A DNA stretch of 64,000 nt from Setoptus koraiensis (Eukaryota > Animalia > Arthropoda): positions 8,308,001-8,372,000 of the forward strand of contig CM106586.1 in NCBI GenBank assembly GCA_048013815.1, given 5' to 3'. The position numbers and the translations under genes are program-made. Positions 45,001-58,091 of the stretch are shown piece by piece; position 1 is the first letter of the stretch, and every line of letters starts with the position of its first letter. The notes under the pieces were generated by a model. The model was given only the letters and a program-made list of their open reading frames with translations. It did not search any database and was not told the DNA's origin.

Positions 45001-47995
45001 AAATGGAAAAACAACAACCAAAGGCATAATGCACTGCAACAAATATTAACTTCCGGTTTGGCGCCAAAATCAATTGAGACACAAAAACCAAAACACGAAG
45101 CCCTGTTTTTATTGTAATCCAGTTTTGCGTTGTGTGCGCTAATGGAGCAAAAAAGATATTATTATTATTTTATCATCTACCACATCGACGCTACACTGAA
45201 TCATATAGACAAACCTTTTTATCATTGGGTTTGTTTTATGCTAATAGAGCATCAGCAAGACCAAAGGGAAAAATGACAACATTCAACAGACATATCTTAG
45301 ATGCGACCAAAAGAACTGTTTCCATGACTGGCCTGTTCGCGGGCATTCGCGTAATGAGCACAAGTGGCTTAAGCAGAGCACATTATGCAATCATTAGAGT
45401 CAAAATCAATGCTGGTCACAAAAATATCCCATCAAGTCCCGGAGCAAGTCGAGTCGGCAATGAGAGGTTATTATTATCACCATTCTCTCCTATCTGTTGA
45501 AAATTCTTTGTCAACAATAAATCTAAAACGCCCATAATTTGTGGTTAGTTTATAATTAGTTTATGCAAATGACCTGCACCACAATCGCACAAAGAAGTGT
45601 GCTAGCTCGCCAAGCTTGTGAGCCACAAGTTATCGCAAAGGCACCGTGCTACGCATTGGCGGCTTTATTGCGTGGATGTATGGAGATAAGCGCTCATCGT
45701 CAGGTCGTCTACCTCAGCGTCACCATCGTCGTCATAGTAGCTGTCATCATCGTGGTCGTCGTTAATGTAGAGGGATACTCAATGAGATCCTTTTGCATCA
45801 CACCATACACAATAATTTTGTTTCTCTGGTGTAAATCCAACCACGACGAAACGAATAGGAAATAAATAATCTAAAAGAGCAGACACACAGAGATAGAATA
45901 GAAGAATAAAATGCAACTCTTAGGTGGGAAGCAACTTGTTGAGAGCAGCATACACCAATGACACACAGGCCAGTTGTTAGTTCATATCTATTAAATATTT
46001 CTGGACTAAAGTGCATATTAATTCACGTATAGTGTATGCCTAAGTGTGTGCCAATGTATTAGTTGAATGATTCAAGTTAGTTAGGTTAAGCTAAGGTCGC
46101 TTTTGAACAACAATACCTGCAACAATTGCCAACACGATCAGCTCATAAATCAGTATCTAGCTCAAATCCAATATTTCGTGTGCACGCTCAATAATGGATA
46201 ATATAATATTGAATCGGATATAGCTGAGATTGTAGATGAGCAACAACAACAAAAACGACAGCGCCAGTAAACAACGAGCGTTGCTTAAAATATCGAATTC
46301 CTTCTCTGTTGAAATCTACAGGCTGATTTTAGTGAGGCAGTGATGGCTGGCAGACAAGAGATAGGAAAAAATACGTCAAATTATGATGGAGATGCGGGTC
46401 TTGATTCTGTGGATTATCTCACAATGAATGGAAAACACATCTATGCGACCAACATCATTGTTGTTTCTCTGTGGCAGCGGAAAATGATGATGCTGACTCT
46501 AAATCCAACTTTGAAAAACTTGTTCACAAATACAATGAACAAAACAAAAAAATGGCCTAGCTACAGGATATACTCTTAGCACAGCAGGTTGGGAATAGAA
46601 TAGAATGAAAAAATAAGCGAGAAAGAAAGAAAAAAAAAATAGAAATGAAAGAATTGGTCTACTATTTACTAATTTGTTTAACTCACCGGATGGGAGTCGC
46701 CCGGGAGTTAACTGTCCATTGATGAATCATGAACATCACTCTGACATAGGCTGCATTGGTGCAAGTTCACAAGAAGACGGAGCCAGCAGACAATTTAGTT
46801 TTGGACAAGCTAGAAATTGTTATCTAATAATTGTTTCCATTCTTTGACAGGACACCAACTGAAACTACCTCACACCATTCCATAGATAGCAGGTGTTGAT
46901 TCGTGATGTTTGGAGGTTAATACTCTTTCTGTTGAATTATCTTCATTATTGTTATCACTACCACTACCTCTAGTACCACCATCACTAGCGCTATCATTAA
47001 TTTCATTATTATTGTCCGACGTTGTGGTGGTGGTGATGCAAAGGGGAACAAACCTATGATGGAACGATAATATGTTTGTGGGAGCAACAACAACAACGAC
47101 AACAACAGCGACTGCATGCTCTAGGAGTAAGGGAAGAGAAATGTGCCAAGAGAATGTGAAAACTTGCATCAAGGGTTATAATTATTATCGTGCCTATGAG
47201 AATATAGAGACTAACCACAAGCAGCATCTGATTCAGTATGACCAACAGGCTAGCCTAAGAGCAAACTTCTCTCTCAGTCTACCTGGCCAAATCTGCCTGT
47301 CGCTTTTCCGCCAAACTAGCAGCAAAAGTTAGCTAATAAGAAGAAAGGTGAAAAAATCATGATGAAGGTAGTTATAAATTGCTTTGTGTCGGCAAACACA
47401 ATCGCTTATCTAAGCGGTCATCCAAGCACGGTGATTTGCCTAACACACAACGTGATGATGATGATGATCACTGCTGGTCCTAATATTCTAGACAGAGCCT
47501 CGGCAGGTCCTATATTATGTACAGATAATATCTCTCATCATCATCAGCGCGGCTAGCATGAAATAGATAGTAGCAGGCTGTATTTGTGTACACACGTATA
47601 TTGTGTTACGTAATATGTATCAAGTAGTAGGACTAGGAGACAATGCTGTTATTGGACAGAGGGAGAGATAGAGCGAGAGAGAATATCATTGAATCTCTCT
47701 CTCTCTTCTTTACAATACTTGCCCATCGCTCCTCCGCTCCCATCTCACTGCATGATGATGGCAAGTGAGCCAGGACCAAAGAGTTAATGCACTTGTTTTT
47801 ATCCAAGGTCAACTACCACAACAACTACCTCCACCGCCAACTACTACGAGTGTTGCTGGCTGCCATTCTATTTATGCCATATATGAGAACGTCTATCAAA
47901 CCCCATGATGTGTTCTCATCAATGTATAAAGGGAGAGCGACCTACCATTCCAGATAATCTATCACTAACTGGCCAAATAATAAGCGGTCCTGCAT

Positions 47996-48028
<33 letters not shown>

Positions 48029-51000
48029 TTTCATTAAAGCTATATGATGTCAGCTGGATGGATCAGCTTATTATCAAGTCGGCAAGTTGCTTTCATCAAA
48101 ATTTATGGACGATATCGACATAGTGAACTCTGTGTGTAACCATACCACCACTACTACTACCACCACAGCTACTACCTGTACTACCTGTTACCTTGTCAAT
48201 TATTACATCTCTAGACTTGGTCTCTGTCTATTACCAAAAGCACCTACACACAATTTCGCAGCATGTCTCGGGGATAAAGCAGCTAGATTAGATGCGCCAA
48301 AGCAGGCAATTTTAAACCAGCAGTGTGCAAGTTTAATTTTAATCAATATACCATGTGATAAGGTTATATCATTTGATGATTCTAGATAATATGTTCTAGT
48401 TAGATGGTAATGGTGCTATTCTAAACATAAGTTCAGAGGTATGGTAAGTCCGAGGTAAGGTAGTGTAAGATAAAAGAGAAAAAATTTATGCACTTGACTA
48501 GGCTTGACAGCTCGGATTGTAATGAAAAAGTTAAATTTTCATATGTGCCAGCCATGGTAATAGCGTTTGATAGTTAATTAAATAGTGAGCGTGCTAGTTC
48601 CATGGTGATTCTTTCTCTCGCTCTTTCATCTTTTATGTATGATACAGCAAACTTCCACACTATATAATTCTCTGTTGTGTAATAGGATGGATATCAGAAG
48701 GAGAGATGATTTCTTTGATTTTTTAGATTCTATAATTGTGATTCTCTTTCTTTCTCTCTCGTTCTCTGGCTTGCTGGTCGTCGTTATCACAGCCATCAAC
48801 ATTGGATTGGATAGTCACCTTCGAACAAGAGGAGACATTTGATTAAGTTTAGTCACAAGAGAGCAATAATATAATATTATATGATGTTAATTGATAGCCG
48901 AGAAGAGTCTGTGCGTCTCGCCAGTTCGCCAGGACTAAATCGATCGACATTAGGGCCAGCGGTTGGGATAACAAGTTGAAATTAGGAATAATCTATTAAT
49001 TATTATTTTTCTTCTCTCTTCTTTTTTACGAGATGGATTCCAGACTAGCAGCGCAAGTGTGTAATATCAAAACCGGAAATTTTGGACCAGTATCAGCGGC
49101 CCTGCCATGGGTCGGCGCCGTCAGAGTCGTGAAGCATGCTTAAAAGTTGCGAATCAAATTAGTTTGAACTTTCATTGGACCATCGAATTAATCAAGGCTA
49201 TCAATTTTTTCAAGAAATCATTCACTTTTTTTTATAGAATTGATACAATTTATATCCTTTTGGTTTTATCCATTTCTCCTTCTATGCTAGACTAAGATGC
49301 CGGCAAAGATAAAGTTTCAAGAGAGGAGTGAGAAGCAACTTGCTTCAAATGGACAATCGCCCTTAAGGATTTGCGGCTAAATGGAAAATTGTTTCTCAGA
49401 TTGGCTCTCTAATAGAGAGTCTCTATTCAGGATTGTGGTTCGTCTTGGCGTCCTGCTCACACTAGTTCAATTTAAGCCGAGTCTGAGTTGTATCAATAAC
49501 TAAACAGTCACTAAATGAGCGCCAGTTGAAAGGCTCGCTCAAGCAGCTCATGACGAAGACATGATGAAAAAGCCTTGAAACAGCCTTCTATGTCTTGAGG
49601 TAGTGATAATGAGCACACCAGCAACAGTAGTGGAGTTAGGCGACGAGGAGAATGTTTTATTATTGATAAACAAAGGTGCGAAAAAGGAGCAGCTTAGAAT
49701 AAGCTTACATGGTGCCTAGATAGTGTTAGCGGGATCTATGTTTGTGTGTGTAGCTTTGGCCCATACGAGGCTAGTCTCTCAACTAGTCTAGATAATGTAC
49801 TTTCAATCAATTTGACAAGCAGTGTGATTGCAATTAAGACTAAAAAACAAGAAGACTATATAAATTGACGATTACATAATGATCTAAGAACATGGGCTAC
49901 CACTACGGCTGTTGCTGCTGCCGGCACTATTTAAGCCAACTTGTGATGTTGTTGTTTGTATCAAACTAGTAGTTGTTTGTAGGTGATCTGCATTAGCATC
50001 ATCTTGTCGTTATTAATCATCATCATGATAATCAACCAACACCATCATGTTATGTTCTTTGTTACCGTGATTTGGATTGCATCACATCACTGAGCATTGG
50101 ACCTCATGTTAACAACGATTTGTAGCTGACTTAAAAATTCTTAATTCTTCATGATTCTTTGCTGTTTGCAAGTTTGCTGCTGGAAATTGCTGTTGAGTGC
50201 TCATGAGAATAGCATCCAAATAAGACAGCTCTTTGTTGGTGCCGTTGTCGAGTCGACCAATCACGATGAAATGACTGGCCTTGCCAATCAGACAACAACA
50301 ACAACTAGTCTGCCATCCATTCAACTTGACCAACTAATCCATCAAGCTAGCTAAAAGTAGAAGTGGATGACCTGTCGAGGCAGTTTTTCATTAGAGTCAC
50401 TTGAGTGAGGGCGACACACTCACAGCGTTTTGTTGTTCGTTCTCAGTCGTCTCAATCAATTTTTGCTGTTGCTGTTGCTGTTGTTAGTGCTGGTGCTGGT
50501 GCGGCTGTCTCTGCTCATGTTGCTGTCATGCAAATAAAACGAGATAAAATAAAAAATAGAATAAAACGAAATAAAATAAAATAACCAGATCTATTAGCGA
50601 TCTATTGACGGCTGTGCTGTCCTGAGTGCCAATACGACGACCAAGTGGCTCGCTATTCAGGCCCTGCTGCTAGTGCTGCTGTCAAAAGTTGGACAAGACT
50701 TTTTGTTGATACACTCCAACAATCAACCAAGTCCAGCTAAAATGAATGGGAGGCAACCAAGAATGATAGTTGACTGGAAATTCTCATCGTCGCAAGCTCA
50801 TGATGGCTGCGAGATGATGGCCCAGACGATTGTTTGGCGTCTACAACACTGATGTGTGTGTAGATGTGGAGTTGTTCTGTTGTGGATTTATGCCTATGTC
50901 ACTCACAGTTGCATAGACATGGCCACTTGTTCACCTGCCGTGTTGTCAGTATTCCTTTGTATGAGCGTGATGGCGGATAAAAAATAAATCACTAGTTTCT

Positions 51001-54000
51001 CAATCAACGAAGCTAATCTTACGAAGAGTTACTCTCCTCGAGTTTCGAGTAAGCGAGCGAGCGAGCGAATTTCGTCAAGAGAAAGAATAATAATAATTCG
51101 CGCAAAAGTTCCTTTTTTATATTGCTAGCCAGGTAGTTATGATTTATAGGTTGCTCTTTTTTCGTTGCCTCTCACTCTTGGCTAAGCTCAAGTTCATAAA
51201 ATGACATGAAAATAGATTTAAACTCAAAGATTGGCCATCAATTTTCATTAAAAAAGGCACAAACAGAGAGAGCGAGAGAGAAACATTCTTTGATGGATGA
51301 CTTTTCTGATAGCCACTACCACCACCATTTGCCAAACTAATCCTTGCCAGCTAAACCCAATGGCTGGCTTGATGCCTCCGCTAATAGTTATTATTATTGT
51401 TGTTATATAATATTCGGTCAGCCTTGGATGTTGTGCCCAGCTAGCTGTTGGCTGGCTGCTCGCTAGCTGGACTTGTTGCTGGTCCGGCAAGCGAGAGTGT
51501 GTGTTGGCCAACATTGTTGAACAATAGAATAATGATAATTATGATATTTTCCTCTCTTTCTTTGATCATCGTCATCAGGCCAGTCAGCCAGTGAGCCAGC
51601 CGGCCGGCCGGCCAGCCAGCTAGCGAGATAGACAGTTGACTGGCGACTAAATGACGGCGATGATTGCGATTATTGCCAGGATGGTGATGGCTATTGCAAT
51701 ACGGCAACAACATCACAGAAACTAGATGTTAGTGTAATCTTTCAAGTGAAACCACTCGTTCTTATCTGTCTCTTGCCCTCGAGACTCTTCTCGGCGAGTT
51801 ATTTAGTTTCTTGTATTTCATTCTATTCTATCGCTTCACGTTTCGTTTCGTTTCGTTACGTTTCCACTCGAGTCGAGCCGGCTCGGCTCAGTCTGGCGCG
51901 GCTTGGCTTGGCGCAGTTCGGTTCGGTTCGTTTCGTTCCGATTCGATTCTTCTCATTTCGACTCGTTTCGACTCGTTTCGCTTCGTCCCGTTCCGACTCG
52001 ATTCTTTCCATTTCGTTTCGTTTCGTTTCATCTCTTTACTACCACTTCAAATGGAGAATTGCCGCTGCCGCTCTTTATTGCTGCTGCTGCTGCTCTCTCT
52101 CTCGCCCTCCGCCGATGTTGCCACTGGAGAAACTCTTTTATCTTTTGCAAGAATTCTATGGTTGGCGTCTCGAAGATAAGATAATAGCAACACACAGACA
52201 CACAATAATAATAGATGGGTTAAATCGAGCCAATATTACATAAGAAGCTGCTTGCACCTGTGTGTGTGTGTGTGTGTGTTGTTGTTGTTGTAGCAGCAGC
52301 AGCAACAGATAAGACGGCGCAACGCTGCATTAAAGCGATAAGACATGGATAGAAAGAGAGATAAATATTATCAACCAATGCGGTTGTCGCGGTCACCACA
52401 CACCTGTATATACCTGTGTCTACCTGTTGCTACAGCTACCTGTAGATTCTCATTGACTATCCATGTACATGCGTATGGGCAGCATCATGCAGAATTTCAT
52501 GCAGTTCTGAAGCAGCATTGATCGATACTTTGCCCCTTGGCTGTAGTGGCAGTTACTACTGGTCACAGTGACAGACGTGTCACATAGCCAGTCAGCCAGC
52601 CAGCCAGCCAGACGGACTAGAGACGGCAGAGCAAAAAGATTGTGTGGTTGTGTGGTGTTGTCTATTATGCAACAGCGGCTCACATTGTCGCCGCATCCTA
52701 TCTGCCTATTGACCCCAGAGGTATGATGCAGTCAATTTGCACAAATAGCCGCCACCACGCAACTATCACCTGTCATGCAACCTGTCTAGCTGTCTGGTGT
52801 GTCTTAGTGGCGGCTGTCGTGAGGCGAGCGTGTTGCCAGCAGTTGCCAGATGGGGGCGCATCGCAATTGTCCAATATTCGCTCGCTCGATGGTATGTAAA
52901 CTGGCTGCTGTTGCTGGCTGCATTGTTGTAGCCGGTCAGGCCAATTACGTAATTGTTGCGCGATGTCATAATGTTGTAATTGTGTGCATGTGTGAATTTT
53001 CCTCGGCTTCGGCTGTGTGCGAGCGGATCGAGCGTGAGCTCGTATCGCTGGCCGTTTGTATCAATCGGCGGCCGCTCGATCATTTGGCCTGCTCGCCGAT
53101 TGACCGACTCGCCGACTGGCCGATTCGTCATTTCGTCATTTCGTCATTTCGTCATTTCGTCATTTAGCCTATGCATGACGTTCGATCGGTCGCACAGTCT
53201 GACAAGTGTCAAAAACCTGCTGCAGACGCTGCTGTCATGTTGTTGTTGCCGGTGTCGATGTTGCTGCCGGCGGCCTGTCGGACGGGCGCCCACAGCTGAC
53301 ACACGGCATCTGGCAAGTTATCATCATGCCAACGACAATGGCCGATCGTCACGACCGCGCCGACCACTGCGGCCAGCAACAATAATCGGGCCGGCCGGCC
53401 GCCGAGTGGCCAGTGGCGGCTTTTGTGGCGTGCCAGCGGGCATCATTCAATTCAATTCAATATTTCATTTCTTTCTTGTTTCACTGCTGCCCTCGCTCCA
53501 TGCCGCATGGATCCGTCTTGCGTCTCTCCGGCTGTCGGGCTCTCGAGCTCCGCATCTTTGCGCACTTGCCAATTTGGCCTGGCCGCTCTTGGTAGCCCGA
53601 ATCAATTGTTCATTGTTGTTGGCTAATTTTACACTTGTTGAGCACAACACGATATAATTAGGCTGTCAACCTGCACTGGCAACAATTATTTTCTCGTTAC
53701 TGGCGCTCGCTGGCATGGCCGTCGCCATGACTGTTGCCATTAGCGCATCGGTTGGCATTGTTGCGTCACATTGTATTGTAGTCGGCGGGTCGGGTCGTTG
53801 TGGAGCGACACACACACACACAGATTTTACTCTACAGATTTTACACAAATTTCGCAGATTTGGCAAATTTTCGGCAAAATTCTACAAATTTCCTGTCAGA
53901 GGCTGCCACTCATACGCAATGGGTCGCATGCTCACATCGCAGGGGCAACTTTGTTTTGCACTTTTGTTTTTGTTTCAACAAAACCGCTCAAGCAAACTCG

Positions 54001-57000
54001 GCCGTCAGGTCTCCGTCGAGAATCGCGCCAACGAATTAGAATGCGGCATCGCCAGCGATCGCAGCTCAGCCCAGCCCAGCCCAGCGCAATTGAGCAATAT
54101 GGCTCTCATGGCGATTGGTCTCACCTCTCATATCTCACCTCTTGCTGTCGCTCACCTCAAATAGTAATTACAGTCATTCTCGCCTCGGTCTGCAGCCAGT
54201 TATCGTCACGGCCCTTGCGAGACACGCTCACGGTGTGTCAAGCTTGCTCACCAAGTGCCAGGCCGGCTCACAATGTGACAGGCGGGCTCATAATGTGACA
54301 GACAGGCAGCCGGCAGCGTAATAATTACCGTGCCGACTCGGTACCTGTCGAGAGTGGCGTGTCGGCCGGCCAGGGCGTTAATCAAGTCCGCCGGCGGGCC
54401 CACAGTGGAGCCAGCAGCGATTGTTTCGCAAGGCGACCCGGGGATCGGCTCCACTGTCCGACAACCGATTGCTCAACGATTGCTCAAGCGCCGAGTCGCA
54501 ACAAGTGCAACCTGCCAACAGGTCACCTGTAACCTGCAACAGGTGACCTGTGGCCAGTTTGAAATTGGCGCGCACCGTCTCGACTGCTCACAACGGGCGA
54601 GACTCGACGGCGCACGCCCACACTGTTGCGAGCGCCGTTGTCGAGCCCGTCGGGTATGTCGGGCTTATGAGGGCCTGTCTGGCCCATAAGGGCTCGCAAG
54701 GTCTCATAAGGGCTCGTCGGGCTTGACGCTGCGCACCGGCCGGTGCGGAGCGCGGTCGGATGGGACGGAGCGGAATGGGACAGCGTCATCGTTGCGTCCG
54801 CCCATGAGAGAGCTCATTAGAGGAATGTGTGTGTGTGTGTCGGCCGACACATGTCGACCGCAAATTGTCTGCTGTGTGTTCGCGAGCTTCTCTCGAATTC
54901 TTGGCGTTCGAACTCGGAACGCTCCGAACTCGGAACGCTTCGAACGCTGCGAACGCCGATAACGTCGAGAACAACAATCCTGCGTCTGTGGCCGGCCGAG
55001 TGCGAGGGCCACAGACGGCGACTCGAGAACGCAGAGAGCGCCGACTTACGTGCAATCGAGTGGGAGTGGAGCGAGCGAGATGTGGCCGAGCGAGATGGCA
55101 TTAGACGCACACAATCATTACACAACCATTAGAGGCGGCTTGCATCACGACGACTACCTGTGGATGCAGCGCCAGTTTGAGCCGCAACAGCCAGCGACCA
55201 ATTACGGCGTGCGCGGCGTTGCTCGTTGCACAACCTGGCCCGTCTACCTGTTTGGCCGGCCATTTTTATTGGCAGGCTCTGTTATTGGCAGGCTCGGCGC
55301 GCCGGCCATTGGGCAGCTCGCAGGCTCTGGCTCTGGCAGCTCGGCCTGTCAGTCAGGGCTGTCAGCTGACGCGACCGAGCGCTTCGGCGGCCGTTCCGCT
55401 GGTCTATTGCTGCATCGGTCCATTGCTGCATCGGTCTATTGCTGCACCGGCGCATCGATGCACCGATGCACCGGCGCGTCGATGCACCGGCGCGTCGATG
55501 CACCGGCGCGTCGATACATCAATAGACCAGTGGAGCGATGCGCCGACGCAGCACAAAGGAAGGCCAGCCGAGCCACGGCCGAGCACTCTCTCCTCCTCCC
55601 GCGAACTGGCGCGGCGGCGTGTTGTTGGCGTTCGCCGCGGCATTCTCTGTGGCGTGGCTGTCGGAATAAAACGTCGCTGGCTGTCGGAATGGAACGTCGC
55701 TGGCTGGCGGGCTGGCTGGCAGCGCTCGTTGCGCCCAGCCGACGAGCCGACAGACGCAACGAGCCCGACGAAATGTCCTCGCAACGCCGATCGTCTTGTC
55801 GGCCGCCTGTTCCAGTTCGGCCAGTGGCCGGCCTGTTGGCCGGCGCGATACTAATCGCGCCGATCGGCCCAATGGGCTGTGTCGTGTGTGTGTGTGTGCG
55901 AATTCGTGTGACGACGCCTTGCACCGGGCGCGCTGCCGCAACAGGTGAATCGAACGCCGCCTGCAGCGGGCGATCGAACGCCGACTGCAGCGGGCGATGC
56001 AGCCGTGGCTGCAATGGTCGCTCGCCAGCAACAGGCAGCAGGCAACCACAACAACAGCAACAGGCGGCTTGTTGTGGTTGTTGTTCGCATGCGTCATGCT
56101 GCAGCGGCAGCGCGCACACACCAGCCGCGGATATGCACAATATCCTAGATACGGAGCCAGTCGCTGCTGCAAGTCGGTGCCTGCTTGCCGCACCGAGCAT
56201 GCAACAGGTAGTTTGGTGCTAGTTTATGTGGTGCAACAATCTGATCTCTGCTCACAGCAGAGTCTGCCCGGCAGAGTCTGCTCGGCAGAGTCTGCTCACC
56301 AGACTCTGCTGTGTGTTGCCTGTTGCACCATTGCACCATCGCACCATCGCGCCACTGCTGCCGCTGCCGGTGCTGCTGGTGCTGGCAGCAACGCGCATGT
56401 CGAGTGTGTTGACTCACAGTCGCTCGCTGCTGACTCGTCGGCCAGCCAGCCAGCGAACGAGCGAGCCAAAGAGCGAGCCAAAGAGCGAGCCAGAGAACGA
56501 GCCAGAGAACGATCGGCAGAGATCGGCAGAGATCGGCCAGACGCAAAAGAATATTTCCATCTCACAGCTCACAAGTCAGTTGTGTCTGGCTGCCAACAAG
56601 CCGCAACGAGCCAGCGCCGAGCCGGGCCACTGTGAGCGCACTGGCAACCGGCAACTGTGCGCAACTGGGAATTATAATACAGACGGCGATGCTTATTTGC
56701 ATTGGAGGACACACACTCAACAACCTTGACACGTTGCCGGCAAATACGACGCTTGCATACGATACAACCATCATGATGATGATTGCGATGATAATGATAA
56801 TGATAATGCTTATGATAATGATTATGATTATCATAATAGCGATAACACACATGCTATTATGCAACAATGCGACTTGCGCGCTGGCAAGCCGACGGCTCGC
56901 TGGCTCACAGGCGCGACGGCTCACAGGCGCGACGGCTCACAGGCTGGCCGGCCGCACTGACGATGGGCTTGCGAGCGCGCCGCCACTCGGCGGCAACAGT

Positions 57001-57671
57001 TGGCCAGCCGAGCACTTGCGCAACACACGCACGCACGCACAGGCACACGCACACACGTAGGCACAGAGAGGTGTAAGTTTACCTGTGTGCGTGCGTGTGT
57101 GTGTGCGTTAGACAATCGTCATAATATTATAAATCATCATCGTTAATTAACATTTGACTCACTATTGCTTAATTATTGCTCCTGCTCCTTCACATCCACA
57201 CTGTGCATTCCACGCTACGCCGTCCATAGGCGGCACACGATAGGCCAACTCCACAGGCTCCAGTTTGCCCGTCGCTGCTGTGAGACGCTGCTCGACTCGC
57301 TGAGCTTGCCACAACTCGCGCATACGGCACACAAGCGTGCATAACGAGCCGACGGATGCATCATCGACACGCTAGCATCATGCTAATCTTTTCGTGTTCT
57401 TGCCGCCGCCGGCGCGCCCACCTACCTGTTTGGCGCCCATCACCGCACACACCCACCTCTGTGAATATGCCCTGAATAGTGGCGACTGCCGCGCTGCTGC
57501 ACCACTGTTCGCATGTCCACATTCGAATATCCACATTCGAATATCCACATTCGAATGTTCGCATGCTCGCTCTCGGAGTATTCACGCACAATTCAGCTGA
57601 CATGGATTGAGCGTTGGACTTGATAGATTCAAGTTGAATCTATCAAATTGATAGTATCAATTGCATGGTGC

Positions 57672-57735
57672 GCTTGTCATGAGCTCACTGGTGTCTGTCG
57701 GCTTACATGTCGTCTCACTGGGAGCTGTGACAGCA
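57672..57735 (+). ncRNA. Candidate pre-miRNA-like hairpin; predicted 3p arm UCACUGGGAGCUGUGACAGCA
   Basis: About 19-bp lower stem with three 1-nt bulges, folded by eye. The 3p arm carries the seed CACUGGG, as in the insect miR-3/309/318 family. Confidence 0.3.
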
Positions 57736-57987
57736 ATTGAGCCCTCATCATATTCACTGTGTGAGCTATTATTAATATTTTGCTAATGCCTTGCCGTCCT
57801 GCCGCTCGCATGCTGGCGGCCCCATAAATATACTCCGATGGCTGTTGCGCTCGCTCACTGGCTCACTGCGAACGCTAGCAATCATCCCATGGTTATTGGT
57901 GGCTATAGTTGGATTCAGATGGATACTCTTTGGCACTCTCTCTCTATACTCGCCGTCTATGCTCACGGTATGCTCACTGTGTGCTCA

Positions 57988-58091
57988 CTCGCCATATTCA
58001 CCATACTCGCCATATTCACCATATTCAACATATTCAACATATTCACCATGCTCACTATATTCACCATACTCGCCATGCTCACCATATTCAC
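57988..58091. repeat. Degenerate 9-bp tandem repeat (CCATATTCA-like), about 11 units
   Basis: Directly visible. It produces the YSPYSP, HIHHT and VNMAS ORFs in the track. Confidence 0.9.

Noticed and set aside
48785-48806. TATCACAGCCAT, matching the miR-2/13 5' end
   Set aside because: No complementary arm forming a pre-miRNA hairpin, and the 3' half is unrelated.
49598-51003. let-7-like TGAGGTAGT (about 49598) and a miR-7-like segment (reverse strand, about 50982-51003)
   Set aside because: Short matches only, with seed mismatches (miR-7-like) or no star arm.
55050-56222. 390-aa ORF and many overlapping 100-250-aa ORFs on both strands, including a YPWM-like DYLWMQ
   Set aside because: GC-rich, duplication-laden sequence is open in several frames at once. 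No domain, and no homeobox found downstream.
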